Source: Paraspadella gotoi (lineage: Eukaryota; Animalia; Chaetognatha). From it: DNA of 64,000 nt. A program made the translations under genes and the position numbers. Positions 12,340 to 25,190 of the stretch are shown in pieces. Location of the stretch: the NCBI GenBank assembly GCA_051294375.1, contig CM119269.1, positions 4,094,626 to 4,158,625 of the forward strand. The letters are read 5' to 3'. The number at the start of each line of letters is the position of its first letter. Within the stretch, counting starts at the first letter, position 1. The notes under the pieces are model-generated. The model did not search any database, was not told where the DNA came from, and saw nothing but the letters and a program-made list of their open reading frames with translations.

Positions 12340-12615
12340 TTACGATTGACTGACACCCCCTTTCCGCGATGACATTGCCCCACTGACAGCACTCCCAACG
12401 ATGACTTTTCCTGATTGACACCGCTGTTAGTAATGACATTGCCTGACTGACGGCACTCTACACTTTACATTGCCTGACTGACACCATTCTTCACAATGAT
12501 ATTGCCCGATCGACACTGTTCTACATTATGACATCCCTCGACCGACACAGCTCTCATCGACGACCTTGTCCCTCCGACACAGCTTTCAGCAAGGACAATG
12601 TCCGACTGACACTGC
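12340..12615. repeat. Degenerate 32-bp tandem repeat, about 9 units
   Basis: Core ATGACATTGCCYGACTGACAC recurring at 31-32 nt spacing. Confidence 0.75.
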
Positions 12616-12675
12616 CCCCCCCCTCCCAACTGAACGACAATGACCCCACTCATCTCGATATCGCTTCCTCCTGAG

Positions 12676-12766
12676 TTAACGACTTCCGCCCAAAGATCTT
12701 CTCTCAGCGACGAGTAATGGATTCGCTGCCGAGGAAGACGAGAAGGCTTTCGCCGTCTCTGGGTTA
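12676..12766 (-). CDS. Possible short terminal exon of the HCN-like gene
   Basis: A phase-2 acceptor after the 13394 donor gives SNPETAKAFSSSSAANPLLVAERRSLGGSR-stop; weak acceptor, no homology. Confidence 0.3.
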
Positions 12767-13154
12767 CTTTTAGATGGGGGAAGGTAGAGTTGTGATAAAG
12801 ACGGTGATAGTTATGTCAGTGGGAAGGATTTTTATGAAGATGGTGCGAATGGGTTGTTATGGTGATAGTTATGTCAGTGGAAATTTGGGTAAAATCCTCA
12901 CTTTTGACGATTAATTTCGTCCTGTGAACATTAACTATTAATTAATAACTATTAGTTAATTATTATTAGTTAATTACTATTCAGGGGGGAAAGAAAAAAA
13001 ATTGATCACGGCGGTTGTGGGCAGTGGCCGTGGGAAAGGGGGGGAGAGAAACGGTTGGGGGGGTTATTGAATCCAGAGGTCAGAAAGGGGGGTAGAAGAG
13101 GAAAGTTAAGGTGACTAAAGGCAAGCACTCAGAGGAGAGAGAGAGAGAGAGAGA

Positions 13155-13191
<37 letters not shown>

Positions 13192-13393
13192 TGTGTTAGT
13201 TAATGTCTGTGTCCGAAAAATGTCATTGTGGTCCGGCGACAATCGAGAGAGAACTTTTTTGGAAGATACTAAATTATCGTCATAATAACAAAATCGAGTA
13301 CTCTCAAATTTTAACCAAGAATGTCATAAAACTTACTAGCTTAAAAAACTTCACGTTCACTTCGAAGTAAAGAGTAAAGAGTAAACATCTCAC

Positions 13394-13514
13394 CTTGATC
13401 CGCGTCTGTTGTCCGGATCCAACGTCGAGCGCGCTCCCGGCAAATAACCGGCCGCCGACTGTCTGACCTTCAAAACCCCGCCCGGTTTGAGTCCTCCGCC
13501 GCCGAGGCCAAGCG
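13394..13514 (-). CDS. Probable HCN post-CNBD tail exon
   Basis: GC-rich, AG/GTGAG bounded, open in phase 1 to 2 (ALGLGGGGLKPGGVLKVRQSAAGYLPGARSTLDPDNRRGS), colinear with and phase-compatible with the 15233 donor; no homology support. Confidence 0.6.
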
Positions 13515-15232
13515 CTTTTATTGGGCGGATGTGTACATGAGTCGCCGTGGAGAAGGAAAGGGTGAGTCGTGAAGGAAAGGGGGGACGTAGGAGTAGAAAA
13601 GAAGTAGTGAAAGTTAAAAGAAGTTGGGAAGGTGTGAAAAGGTAGAATTAGTGGAAAGAATGATAATTAAGTTAGAAAAAAGTAGGTTGAAAAATGAAGA
13701 AGAGGTAATAAGAGGCACATAGCAAAATCGTGAAAGATCCATCAAGTTGCGAAGATTAACAAGAGGCCAGTTCAATTTGAGAGAAGGGAAATGTGATTTA
13801 AACAAAAATATGCGCAACACGGAAGTAAGAGTCAAGTAAAGATATGCAGGCGGATGGAACCAAAGAGCCGCCATAAGAAGTAAGGAAAAGAAGTGTAAAA
13901 ATAGAAGGACAAAAAAGTAAAGAAGAAAAAAAGAAATGAAAGAGAAAGACATCGGAGAGTAAAAGTGAGGAAAAAGGATTGGGGTGCAATGAGGGTGAAG
14001 CGAAATGAAGAGAGAGATAATAAAAAATAAATGGTTAACGATGACAAAGTCTTGACGATTTGTCGAGAAGAAAGCGACACTGAGTTGATGAAAAAAAAAA
14101 AAAACACTTAAAGCGATTTTGCCATTAAACGTTAAAGATGCGACGGAGTGAAGAGTAAAAAAAGAAGTTAGGGGGCGTCACAGAGATTTTCAAATCTGGA
14201 GTTGTCTTTTGTTTGTCTCCCTTTGACATATATGTATTTTTAAATGGGAAAAAATACGAAATCGTCTGTTGTTAGTTATTTTTAAGCAGTGTTAAGACTT
14301 TTGCTATTAGTAGTACTCGTCTAGTTTTAGTTATGAACAAGCGTCTTAGGTCTGTAACGAAAAAAAGTGATGTTAAACATTCATTTATATTTGGACTTTT
14401 TTTTTCAAAACAAAGAAAACTGAACGATTTGAGCTACAAAAATTGTCGAATCTTTTCAATGAATAATTTTTAGACCAAGTAAAAACTCTGCTCTATCTCT
14501 CCTTCTCTTTCTTTCGCTCTCAAATAAATATAAACTAAAATATTACATGCGTTGTTCGGTTTAGTATAACCTTTTCTAAGAGACGTAAACAAACTTTAAT
14601 TCAATCGAAAGATAAAACCAGTGAAATAATAAATTTTTGTTTTGCTGTATGAAATTTAGAAACATAGTTGAATTTTTGTATATAAGTAAAAGAATGACAA
14701 TCAATATAAGCTCTCTGATCCCAAAACCATTTCATCTCATAAAGTTGTATCGCATATATGTTTTAAAAAGAACGACAATTTTTTGCTTAACGTTGTATTA
14801 AATATATTTCGTCAAAGACTGATACAAACACTGTTGAACGATTTCTTAATAATGAAAAAAAAAACAAAAAAAAAAAAAATTAAAGTAACGAACCTTTCCT
14901 CAGTTTTTCCCAGTTTGTTCGGGATTTATTGATATTTGGAACTTAGAAAAAAAACAAAAACAAACAACAATTTAGGTTAATTTTCTAAGATGAAACTGAA
15001 AAAAACGAGAAAAGCTCCTTGACGTCGATTCCCTTTTTTTTACGCAAAGATGATTTTTTGATCTTTAATAAACGAGAGCCATCTCTCGGAAATCAAAAAT
15101 TTAGATGAAACAATTAAATCGTTGCCTTTTTTTTTTGTTCATCCGCCTGAAACCAACTCGATTACGTCAGAGTGGAACCTCATTCGAGATTGCCAGACGC
15201 CTGGCTGTGCCCGATCCCCGCCTGATTCCTAC

Positions 15233-15381
15233 CTGCGTGCGACTGTCGGCGCCTGATTCCCGCTTTGGTCGTCTTGATGACGCTGAGCGACTTTCCGATT
15301 CTCACCGCGCGTCTCTGCTGCATCTTCCTCACCGCCTCAGGGTAAGGAGCAATGATCTCGTTGAAGCGGACGCTCGACAAA
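15233..15381 (-). CDS. HCN: HCN-like channel exon, CNBD B and C helices
   Basis: SLSSVRFNEIIAPYPEAVRKMQQRRAVRIGKSLSVIK versus HCN SLSVDNFNEVLEEYP....DRIGKKNSIL; phase 2 to 1. Confidence 0.9.
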
Positions 15382-16072
15382 CTGGACGGGTAAGGATAAA
15401 GGAAGAGAGAAAGGAGGTGAGCGATGAGAGATCGTGATTCACGGATTCGGTGAGGAAAATTTAGGCTGGACTTCAGATGAAAAATAATTAACAGTGATTG
15501 GCGTCAAAATGGAAGAGTTTTTTGAAAATAATCTATTAAATTGCGTCGGGGCTGTATCTGAATTGACCTTAAGTGTATTTTAATTGTTAAATACTACCTT
15601 TATAGTTACCATACTGTAAGTAGCTTTGATTAAAGTTGGACAAAAGATTTCAAAAATGGGAGAAACAATCCCTTACTAGTAGGACATAGTCAGGAACAGT
15701 GAGGACAAAGTCGAGACAAGGATCGAACGCCGACAGTTTGTTTCGTTGAAAAAATTGAAGAAATTAAAAGGAAAAGAGATTGCGTACATTCTTCGATCCT
15801 CATCCTTTTAACGAGTCTTTCTCCACAATCTCGACTCTGGAGCGAAACAGAGCGGAGAGGCGTAGGCGTAAGGATGGGGGTGGGGGGGGGGAGATAATGG
15901 CTCCTTTGGGAGTTAAGGAGAGGAGGAGGAAGAGGAAAAAAAGCATCATCGTTTGGGCGCAGTTGATCCCGAGGATGGAAACCTTCATCACCATTTATCA
16001 CAACACAAACTCTCACACTTTGGCCTGGAGGCGGAACTGGCGAATCGAGACGGGTGGTCGACCGCGGCAAGC

Positions 16073-16124
<52 letters not shown>

Positions 16125-18843
16125 AGAAGATCTCTCTCTCTCTCCTTAGCTTTTCTCTCTCATGGAAATGAAATTAAAAACGACCTCTTCCGTAGCGACT
16201 GCGCCATTTTCCGCGCGTTTCCGCGACGTATTTAAAAAGCGCATCTCCAAGACGAGAATCATTTCCAGGTTTTACGTTCTTGCTTCACTTTTTCAATCTT
16301 TTTTTTATAATTGTTTTTATCTTTTCGTATTTAAGTTTCCTCTGCCATGGAACAGAAAACTCTACTCACGGTTCAGGTAATTCTTTCTTAATATAATGTT
16401 TTGAGTCACTGCATTGTATCTTCGTATAGTTTTTTTTTTTCAAAAAATAGATTTAAACGTCTTTTTTTTTAATCGATGAAGACGGAACTTTAGTGTGACA
16501 ATGGTATGTCAAAGAAACTGGTTTCAGAAATTAATCCAGAAAGCATCTTCTTATATAGAATTATAGAAATAGATAATACTATTATTATTAATACTATTAA
16601 TAGTTTCTACATACGCGTGCTTTTTTTTCCTACAGAACCTCGCTACGTTGATTATTCTAATATTCAGCTTTAATTCAATTTCCTCATCTCAAGAATTGAA
16701 TCCCTACACAGGTGAACACTTTCAAAAGTTTATCTTATCTTATCTTGTATTTTCCTTAATAGAAACTAGAAATTCTCATTTTTCTTTCTCTCTCCCTCTT
16801 TCTTTCCCTTCTCTCTCTCACTACACCCTATACTATGGGTCAAAGCTGCTCTAAAAGAGTCATCATTTCCATGTTTTCAAACGGGTTATCGTATGAAATG
16901 TTTGGATATCCCCTCAGTATCAGGAGAAGAAAATAACGATGTGGTAAGAATTATTCTCTCTCCATATATATATATATATTTTCTATGCATAGAATATAGA
17001 ACCGAAAACCTTAATTTTTATTACCACCTGAAAACTTTATTAGGATAAACCTATTTTTAAAAATGTTATCCGGTTGTATCATTTTATCACTTAAAATCCT
17101 TATTTTTGTTTTAATATTTATTTTTTAAATGCAGCTTCAATTTCTTCGTCTCCAATCGCCATTTAAACCAAAGGGAAAGAGAGTATTAAGTTTGCACAGA
17201 TTATTGAAAGGAACGCAAGAGGGCAACACCGACGATGGGATAAAAAGAGAAGCAAATAACAAAAGACTATCGCCGATAATTAGAAAGGTATGTCCATAGT
17301 TAAATAAACAATTAAGGTATGTACACTGTACACTGTACATTTTACCGCTATTACCGAATTAGTGAAAACTAAAAATGTTTAAAAAAAAAAAAGAATTTAG
17401 AGAATCCAAGTTTATCGCTCGTGAATAAAATCATTCGTGTGATTGACACAAAATATTGAGAGTAAATATTCTTTTTATAACGAATTTAAAGTATATACTA
17501 TTTCTTCAAATTAAGCTCGACGATAATTCATTCATTTGTTTCATTTCAGTTTTCCGGCGTATCGCCGCGACTTTCCGGCGTATTGCCGCGACTTTCCGGA
17601 ATTCAGTCGATGACTGAAAATACTTACTCGGATTTATTGAATTAAACAAGGAGGAACAACCAAGCAAACGAGGTTCTCAATGTCCTCAAATGTCTAATAA
17701 AATGATTTAAAATCAAATCCGGTGTTCTTGCTGAGATAATGTTAACTCAATAACTTATATAAGCATCATTTTTTGAAATGGGCATGGTCTCTGTGGTTTA
17801 ATTGTATATTATACAATCAAATACGCTTTACTTTGTCATTATACAATGCATCATGATAAAGTAAAGCGTATTTGATAATTGTCTAATTTTTTTATCAATG
17901 TAAGTACATTAAGCAAATGTTGCGGTAATAACTTTTGCGCAACGTAATTGATGTCTTCAGTTTAAATATACTGTTTGCCTAAAGAATAAGTAAAAAATGA
18001 ATTTTATTCTAAAGCCATACACGGTCAGAAGTGCATTTTTAGTTAGTAAAGGATCATAATTATTAGTAGGTCCTTTTTGTTACGCTTTTGTTCTCTATTT
18101 TTTTTTGTGGTGAAATCCGCTATTTTCGGTCTGTTTCACGTGATCACCCATGCAAGCACCAAAATGGGAAATGAGGAAAACAACGAGAAAAAGACTTTCT
18201 ACTTCACCCGACAACTTTTTCGCATTATTCGTTACGGCCAATTAATGATTATAACAGTAATTCTGTAAGGACTGAAATAAAACTGTTTTCCCAGTGCAAC
18301 CACTATTTGTTTTATCTTTCGTCAAAGAGTAAATTTTAGGCCGAGTTACGTAAACCTTCAAAAAATAGCCAGTCTCTAACGAGGGATCAACAAGGGAGTA
18401 TAAAAATCACTGGGGTATCAAAACGGGTGCAACTGCTATCGACTCGTCAACATTTTCGGTTACAATATTGATTAACGTCTAACTCTACTTTGTAAATACT
18501 TTAATTCATCAGGTCACGATGGAAACATCTTCCGTTCTAATCCAAAGACTAATTAAATAAATTAGTGACCAATGATGAATTAACTATTGGTCTAATTATA
18601 AACATCCACGGTTAAACTGAACTACGGCAAACATCACCTGTCGTCCTTTCATTTTCTTCACAAAAACAGTCGCTGTTCGCTTTAAACAGCGATACTGAAT
18701 TTTAAATTAAAGATTCGGACGAGAAAAATGCTTTTTTTTGTTAAAAAAAATGTTTTTCCTCTTTGAAACCGTATAGTATTCAAATATATATACAATTATA
18801 CATACTATCGTGCTATAAAATGATATCGTTAAATTTCTCCCAC

Positions 18844-18994
18844 CTTTGAGCGGACCCTTCCTCGCTGCAAGCCCTTGAGAAATTCCCTGTGAATGACGAC
18901 GTCGTCATCTTCGTCGTCGTTGTCGTCGTTGAAACGCGAAGGAACTGTCAGGCTGGTGCGCCTCTCGTGACTCACGGCGCTCAGGGCGGATACT
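18844..18994 (-). CDS. Probable HCN tail exon
   Basis: Polypyrimidine-CAG acceptor and GTGGGA donor; phase-2 join to the 13394 donor gives RRGSRVSALSAVSHERRTSLTVPSRFNDDNDDEDDDVVIHREFLKGLQRGRVRSK; an alternative acceptor lies at 19052. Confidence 0.55.
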
Positions 18995-19199
18995 CTGCGC
19001 CGGGAGAATGGAAGGGACGAAATCGCGATTATGATTGGGAAGCCAGGTTGCTCTGGGAATGAAGAAACTTGACAGTTGACTGTGAAAGAGCTTTTAGGTT
19101 CCTACTATAGTATTATTGTCTTGTAAGTAAAAAAAAAAGAAATAATGAGTCAAAGCACACAGAGACGAGAAGAGAGAGAGGAAGAGAACAGAAAGAGAA

Positions 19200-20940
19200 A
19201 CGAGATAAAGAGTGTGGAGAGAGAGGAGAGAGATGCTTCAATGTCGAGACGATTTGTGTGTTGCGAGCAGGAGTGTGCTTTCTTCCCTTCGTCTCGATAA
19301 TTACATTGCAATTCGGTTTTCTCTTCCGATTGAGTTTCGATGGAAATTCGAAAGCCTTTTGTTCCAGTGCGTCGTCGGTCACTTTTGTCGTCGGCTGTAT
19401 CATGCGTCTGTCTTGTGTCGTTAGTTTTTTTGCCAAGTCGTCAATAGGTTTAATCTTCAAACCGCCACACCGACAACTCGTGTAATCTAACAGAGTTCTT
19501 CTATGTAGATATATGCTGTTTTATTATTATTATTATGAACTTATTTGCAATGATTATTATTATTATTATTATTATTATATGTAGTATTGGTTATTACCTT
19601 TATTATGTGATTGATGTATTATTAGTTGTATTATTACGGGGGCTATTCAGCGGATTTGATTCGGTCGATTAGTATGTTGGTGCGCTCATGTGTGAGACAT
19701 TTGGATTGTAGATCAACCTTGTCCTGCCATGTTGAACGCCAGTTCGATGGCCGACGGCCGGAGCGCCTCGAACGCGCGACACTGCAGGTATAAGAAAATA
19801 ATAACCATAATTGTGTACATATTATTTCTTGCAATGTTCAAAGCCTCAAGAATCCATCATTTATGTGTCAAAACCCCTATTTTTCTGACAATTCGTTTTC
19901 TCGGGGCAAATTCGCTTGTATTTATTTTGTTCATTGTTATTGTGATTCCAAGGTTTTATCGTCTCCGCGCTATGCATGTAGGTTCGTCGTGTCGTCGTCG
20001 GTCGTGCTTTGTCTCGCCACTCTCCGCAATGCGAACGTTCCCTTGAGTGTACCGGGATGGGACTGACCGCTCTGACGATACGGCGCGATTTTGACGTCGT
20101 TTTCTGCTGTTACGGTGCGGAACGAGAGAAGGTGAGAGTGGCACGACTTGACGATGTCGAGGCCATCTTGGTCTTGGCTCGAGTTCGGTTTTGGTCGTGT
20201 GTTAATGTTTATCGTCGTAGTTGGTGCGTCGTCCGGTCGTGTCGAAAGTGCGGTGTGAATTGAGTTGTTATTGGCTCCTTTCTTGTTTGTCGTGTCTCTG
20301 CTCGATTTTTGAATTATCAAGGCTGTTGTCGTGGACTTGTTCTTTTTTTATGTGTGTACGATAATTTTAATTTCATTGTTCGATTGCAGTGTGCTTCGTT
20401 CTTTGTGTATCAGTGAGCTCCACGTGACTGTGCCTCTTGCGGAAAGTGAGTGGGGACGGCATGTTGACGCACTCTAGCTCGCATTAGCTGTAGAAGAATC
20501 AGTGTAATCAGTAATCATGTTTAAGTATGACGGCGATATTGGTATTGCAGCTGTTTATTGAGGTAAGGAAGTCTAGTTGTTTATGCCATGTGACAAAGTT
20601 GTATTTTAAAAATTTAGAAGTCTCAGTCGAGTGGGGCCTAATTATAGTATTTTCGTCGATCGCCAATTCTATGAGTGCACGTCTTTTTTTTTAATTTCCC
20701 CATAGCCGGAGAGCAGCGGAACTTCGGGCTTTATAATTGCTTAATGTGCTCTCGAACTTTGCCCCCACACTCCGGTTTCAACTTGAATCTTTTAACTTAC
20801 CTTCACCCACTTCGCTCAGGTTGTTAGAGAGAGATTCTCGGTGCGACGAGGAGAGAGAGACGAAAATCGAGAAGAGTACAGTTTCGAGGATGCCGGCGCA
20901 AGGCCGGGTCTCTTTCTCGATCCCTAATCAGGTTTTTGAA
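19200..20940. other. Noisy inverted copy of the three contigs at 26314-26630, 27067-27735 and 27894-28110
   Basis: Shared strings, e.g. tcttcaaaccgccacaccg (19454) versus cggtgtggcggtttgaaga (26383), and aacttaccttcacccactt (20793) versus 27995-28013. Confidence 0.8.
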
Positions 20941-22124
20941 GATGAGAGAGAGAGAGACGAGGAGAGAGAGAGAGAGAGAATGAGGAGGAAAGAAGAGATG
21001 AGACGAGCAGAGAAAGAGAAAGGGGGAACACATTGTGGTCCAGAGTAAGAAGTAAATTACGGAACCAAATTCTGGTTTCTGGCCAAGTGTCTCCTTAGAG
21101 CTTATTATCACATTTTAATAATTTTTAATAAATCTATGTAATAAATTATATTATAATAACATACTGTTTTTTTTTTTAAACCTTGCAACGAAAATTTTCC
21201 TTCACAATCCTGTACGTTTCTGTATAATTTTAAGTGCTTAAAACGATTAATCTAAGGCTCGTCGTCAATTCAGATCCTTTGCGCATTGGACCTGGCGGAC
21301 ATTTCCGCTTGGAAGTTGGCGTGGACGTACATTAAGGAATTTTTCTTTTTACTACAAATGAAAAGTTTAGGCAGCCCTTGTTATCTTACTTATCCTGCAA
21401 CTTAAGTATAATTATATTGTAGATAAAGTAGGTACTGAGATCACATAAATGTTCAAAAAAAGGTTTTCATCTAAATAGTGGGGCGTGGGTCCCAATATCA
21501 GAAATAGTGCTCGAGAAATCAATTAAATATGTATTATTAAAAGTATTTTGATCTATTCAAGACTGCTAATTCGGTTTTTATACTGTTATATGACATGCGT
21601 TTATTCACAAAAGGATTATCGATCCATATTCAATAAAAAAATCCTATCATAATTTATCAATTATTACCATCTTAAAAGATTTGTTTTTTAAATAGCCAAT
21701 AGGGAACTTTAACTTTAACTGTAAATATTCAAATTTCATTCAAATTTTATTCAATTAATGAGACTTTGCTAATTTTTAACAAATTCCTGGTTTTTAATTT
21801 TTAATACCTTTTACTAAATTTAATTTTTTTTTATCAGTAATTTTTTACTGGCATAAACCATTTTTTTTGCTAAAAAACTATAGTCGGGAAGTTTGAGACC
21901 TTTTTTTTCTTCCATAAAGTTTTATGTAAATTTAGAGGGAATACTGCTATTTTTAAGTTTTTCCAGGTGAAGGAGAAAGAGAAAATCAATCCATTTGCTA
22001 AGAAAGTTAATCAGATTTATTATTTTGCGGTTAATTTTTCCTTAGTTGTGCGTATTGCTCTTTCGTTTCGTTGTGTTTTAGCATTATGGTGGACTAAAAT
22101 CCATTGGTCCCACTGGTCCACTGG

Positions 22125-22310
22125 TCCATTGGTGCCGAAGGCAAGTCATTTGCTCCCACCCAAAGGTCCGGGGTTCTAGCCCGGTAGGTCGGTCTGGCAG
22201 TTAAGAGGGACTGGGTGCGCTTAACGCTGCCTGTAACATGGTGTTACAGAGCCTGATCCGAAGCTCCAGGTTCTGTATAAACACTTATCAAATAATTACT
22301 GTCTCTTCAG
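22125..22310 (+). mobile_element. tRNA-derived SINE-like element, second copy
   Basis: ccattggtgccgaaggcaagtcatt...cccaaaggtccggggttctagcccggt is nearly identical to 62717-62778, with unrelated flanks. Confidence 0.55.
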
Positions 22311-24269
22311 TATTTAGCTTTAGATTTGTACTACATCAATTTTTATTTAAATGAAATCAGACATGCTTCGACTCTTGATCAAGTCTTCATCAATGTTTTT
22401 GAACAGACTATAAAGATTTTTTGCAAAAAGTAAATGTGAGAATAGAGAGTGTAGAGAGAGTTAAGTTTCCCAACAAAGTGGTGGAGACAAGAATAGTGGT
22501 CAGAGGTGAGGACGAGATGAAGGCAAGGATCAGATTTGAGTGAGTTCTTTTTGAAAGAAGTGAAATGGGTAAAAACAGAGAGAGAGAGAGCAGAGAGAGG
22601 CGAAGTAATATGATACATTTTTCTTAAAAAACCTTTAATCCAGATAAAATTTATCATTTATAACCATTAAGTGAAAATCCTTTCTTTCGTCGCGTTTTTG
22701 AAATTAGAGAGAGTTTGAAGTAGTTCCAAAGCAACGGATTTTTTTTTAAACAGTGAAAATGTTTTTTTTCTTCAATATCTATCTCTGGCCTAAAACCTAA
22801 CCTGTCTTCATCTGGCGACCCTCTATCCTTTTTCAAAAATCTTTGTTTAAAATTTTTCTCTCTCTCTTTCTCTCTTCTTTTCTCTCTCTTCTCTTCTTAT
22901 CTCTCACCTAATTCTCACTCTCTCTCTTTTCTCTCCCTCTCTCCTCCCAAATATTTTCTTGTGAAAAGTAAAAAAACTGTTGACAAATTCATAAATGCGG
23001 ATGAAGACTTGAAATTAAAGGTTGATAGGTTCATAGTAGAATTTACAAAGTTTCATTTTTAATTACTTTCATGCTAATATTTTGATTCTTATGAACAAAT
23101 CAATTTTCAAGGCAGTTCTATTTTGTATTTTTGCTTCTCTTCTTACTCTCTCTCTATCTCTAACCTGACTTTTCTGGAACAAATTTACTTTAACTCTGGA
23201 CTGCCTGATTAGTTCATAAGAATCAAAATGTTTGCAAAAGTAAGAAATTATACTTATAAATCCTACCGACGAATTGCTTTAAATACTAAATATTTTTTTA
23301 TTCCTTGTCAAAAAAAGTTTATATGCTTAATACTAAAATCATTATCTACTGTCATTATGATGTCTCTTCAACAACGAATAAAGAATAATATTTAATTCTG
23401 AATTTTAACAGTTTTTTGTAACTGATTTTTATTTTATCTATTTAGGAGCTATGATAGCTTTTGTTTTAATGATATATAATGATAATTCTTTGTTGATACA
23501 ACTATAATAATATGTACCATTCAAAAATCACCATTACTATTTATTCGCTTCGATCAAAAAACTATTCAATACTTAGCGTATTTTATCAGTTTTTGGTGTC
23601 ATCTCTCCGTGTGTTTTGGACACGCTCCACCACTATGGGATAAAACCTTTTTTTAAAAAAATTTTAAAGTAAAACGTTATTAAATAATGAGAGTAAACTT
23701 AAAATTTAGCGATTATTATTTTTATAAAACTATTCTTCCTTATCTTGCAATTAAAGAAAAAGAGAAAATTCCTTTGTAGTCAAACGTCAACTTCCGGTCT
23801 AGACGCAAATCTGATTGTACGACACCTTGTTAATCGTTTTAAGCACTTAAAATTATACTAGAAACTGTACAGGATTGTTGAAAATTTTTTCGACTGCATG
23901 GTTAAAAAAAAACAGTGTAATATAATATATATTATATATTAAATTACTAAAACAGCCCATCACTCATTTCCCTCTCTCCTCCTCCCCTCAACTCCCCTCC
24001 TCTCCTCCAGCGAGGAGGAGGAGGAACGAGGATGAGGAGGAGATGACATCGACGAGATGAAGACATGATGACGACATTGTCGAGGGGAGCGCTCAGCAAC
24101 CTCGCCTCGGAGCAACCCAACACGATCGAAATCACGACGCCCTTCTGTGCACACGCTCAATCTCAAGGCGTCACGAGGAGCCGGGTGAGTTCGGGTGAGG
24201 GAGAGGGAAGCTTGAGCGAGAAGAGGGAGGGTGAGGGAGAGGGGAGTGAGGGGGTGCATGATTGTGCTT

Positions 24270-25190
24270 AGAATTAGCGAGGGCCCTGTGAATATTTTCC
24301 ATCATTCACCCTATCTCTTATAAATATAATGTAGTCATTCTGGCTTGATAGCGAGGCCCTGTGATATTTTCCGTCATCCACCCTACTAAGCTTCTCATAG
24401 TGTAGTCGTTCTGGCTTGATACGAGCCCTGTGATATATTTTCCATCATCCACCTTACTAAGCTCCATAGTGTAGTCGTTTCTGGCTTGATAGTGAGGCCC
24501 TGTGATATTTTCTGTCATCCACCCTACTAAGCTCTTACAGGGTAGTCGTTTCTGGCTCGATAGCGAGGCCCTGTGATATTTTCCGCCTATCTCTACCCTA
24601 CTAAAGCTCTCATAGTGTTAGTCGTTCTGGCTTGATAGTGATGGCCCTGTGATATTTTCCGGTCATCCACCCTATTAAGCTCTTATAGTGAAGTCGTTTC
24701 TGGCTCGATAGCAAGCCCCAGTGATATTTTCCGTCATCCACTCCTATAAGCTCTCATAGTGTATGTCGTTCTGGCTCAATAGCAAGCCTGTAATATTTTC
24801 TGTCATCCACCCGACTAAGCTCTTATAGTGAAGTCGTTCTGGCTCGATAGCAAGGCCCAGTGATATTTCCATCATCACCTAAATTAAGCTCTTAAGTGAA
24901 GTCGTTCTGGCTATGATAGCAAGGACCCAGTGATATTTTTCCGTACATCCACCCTACTAAGCTCTCATAGTGTAGTCGTTTTCTGTGCTCCGATAGCAAG
25001 GCCCTGTGATATTTTCACTCATCCACCCTCTAAGCTCTCATAGTGAAGTCGTTCTGGGCTCGAAAGCAGGGGGCCCTTGTGATATTTTCCTTCATCCACC
25101 CTACTAAGCTCTTACAGGGTAAGTCGTTCTGGCTTTGATAGTAGGCCCTGTGATATTTTCCGTCATACACTCCTACTAAGCGTCTTATAT
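24270..25190. repeat. 70-bp tandem minisatellite, about 13 units, intronic
   Basis: Unit CCCTGTGATATTTTCCGTCATCCACCCTACTAAGCTCTTAYAGKGTAGTCGTTCTGGCTYGATAGYGAGG; period 70 measured in the clean reverse copy at 30761/30831; fragments also at 28448-28625, 29420-29496 and 45195-45395. Confidence 0.9.

Noticed and set aside
15780-16235. 151-aa plus-strand ORF
   Set aside because: It starts at TTG, runs through a (GA)n tract and has no recognisable motif
24270-25190. CRISPR-like array
   Set aside because: Units are contiguous 70-mers without unique spacers, there are no cas genes, and the context is a eukaryotic intron
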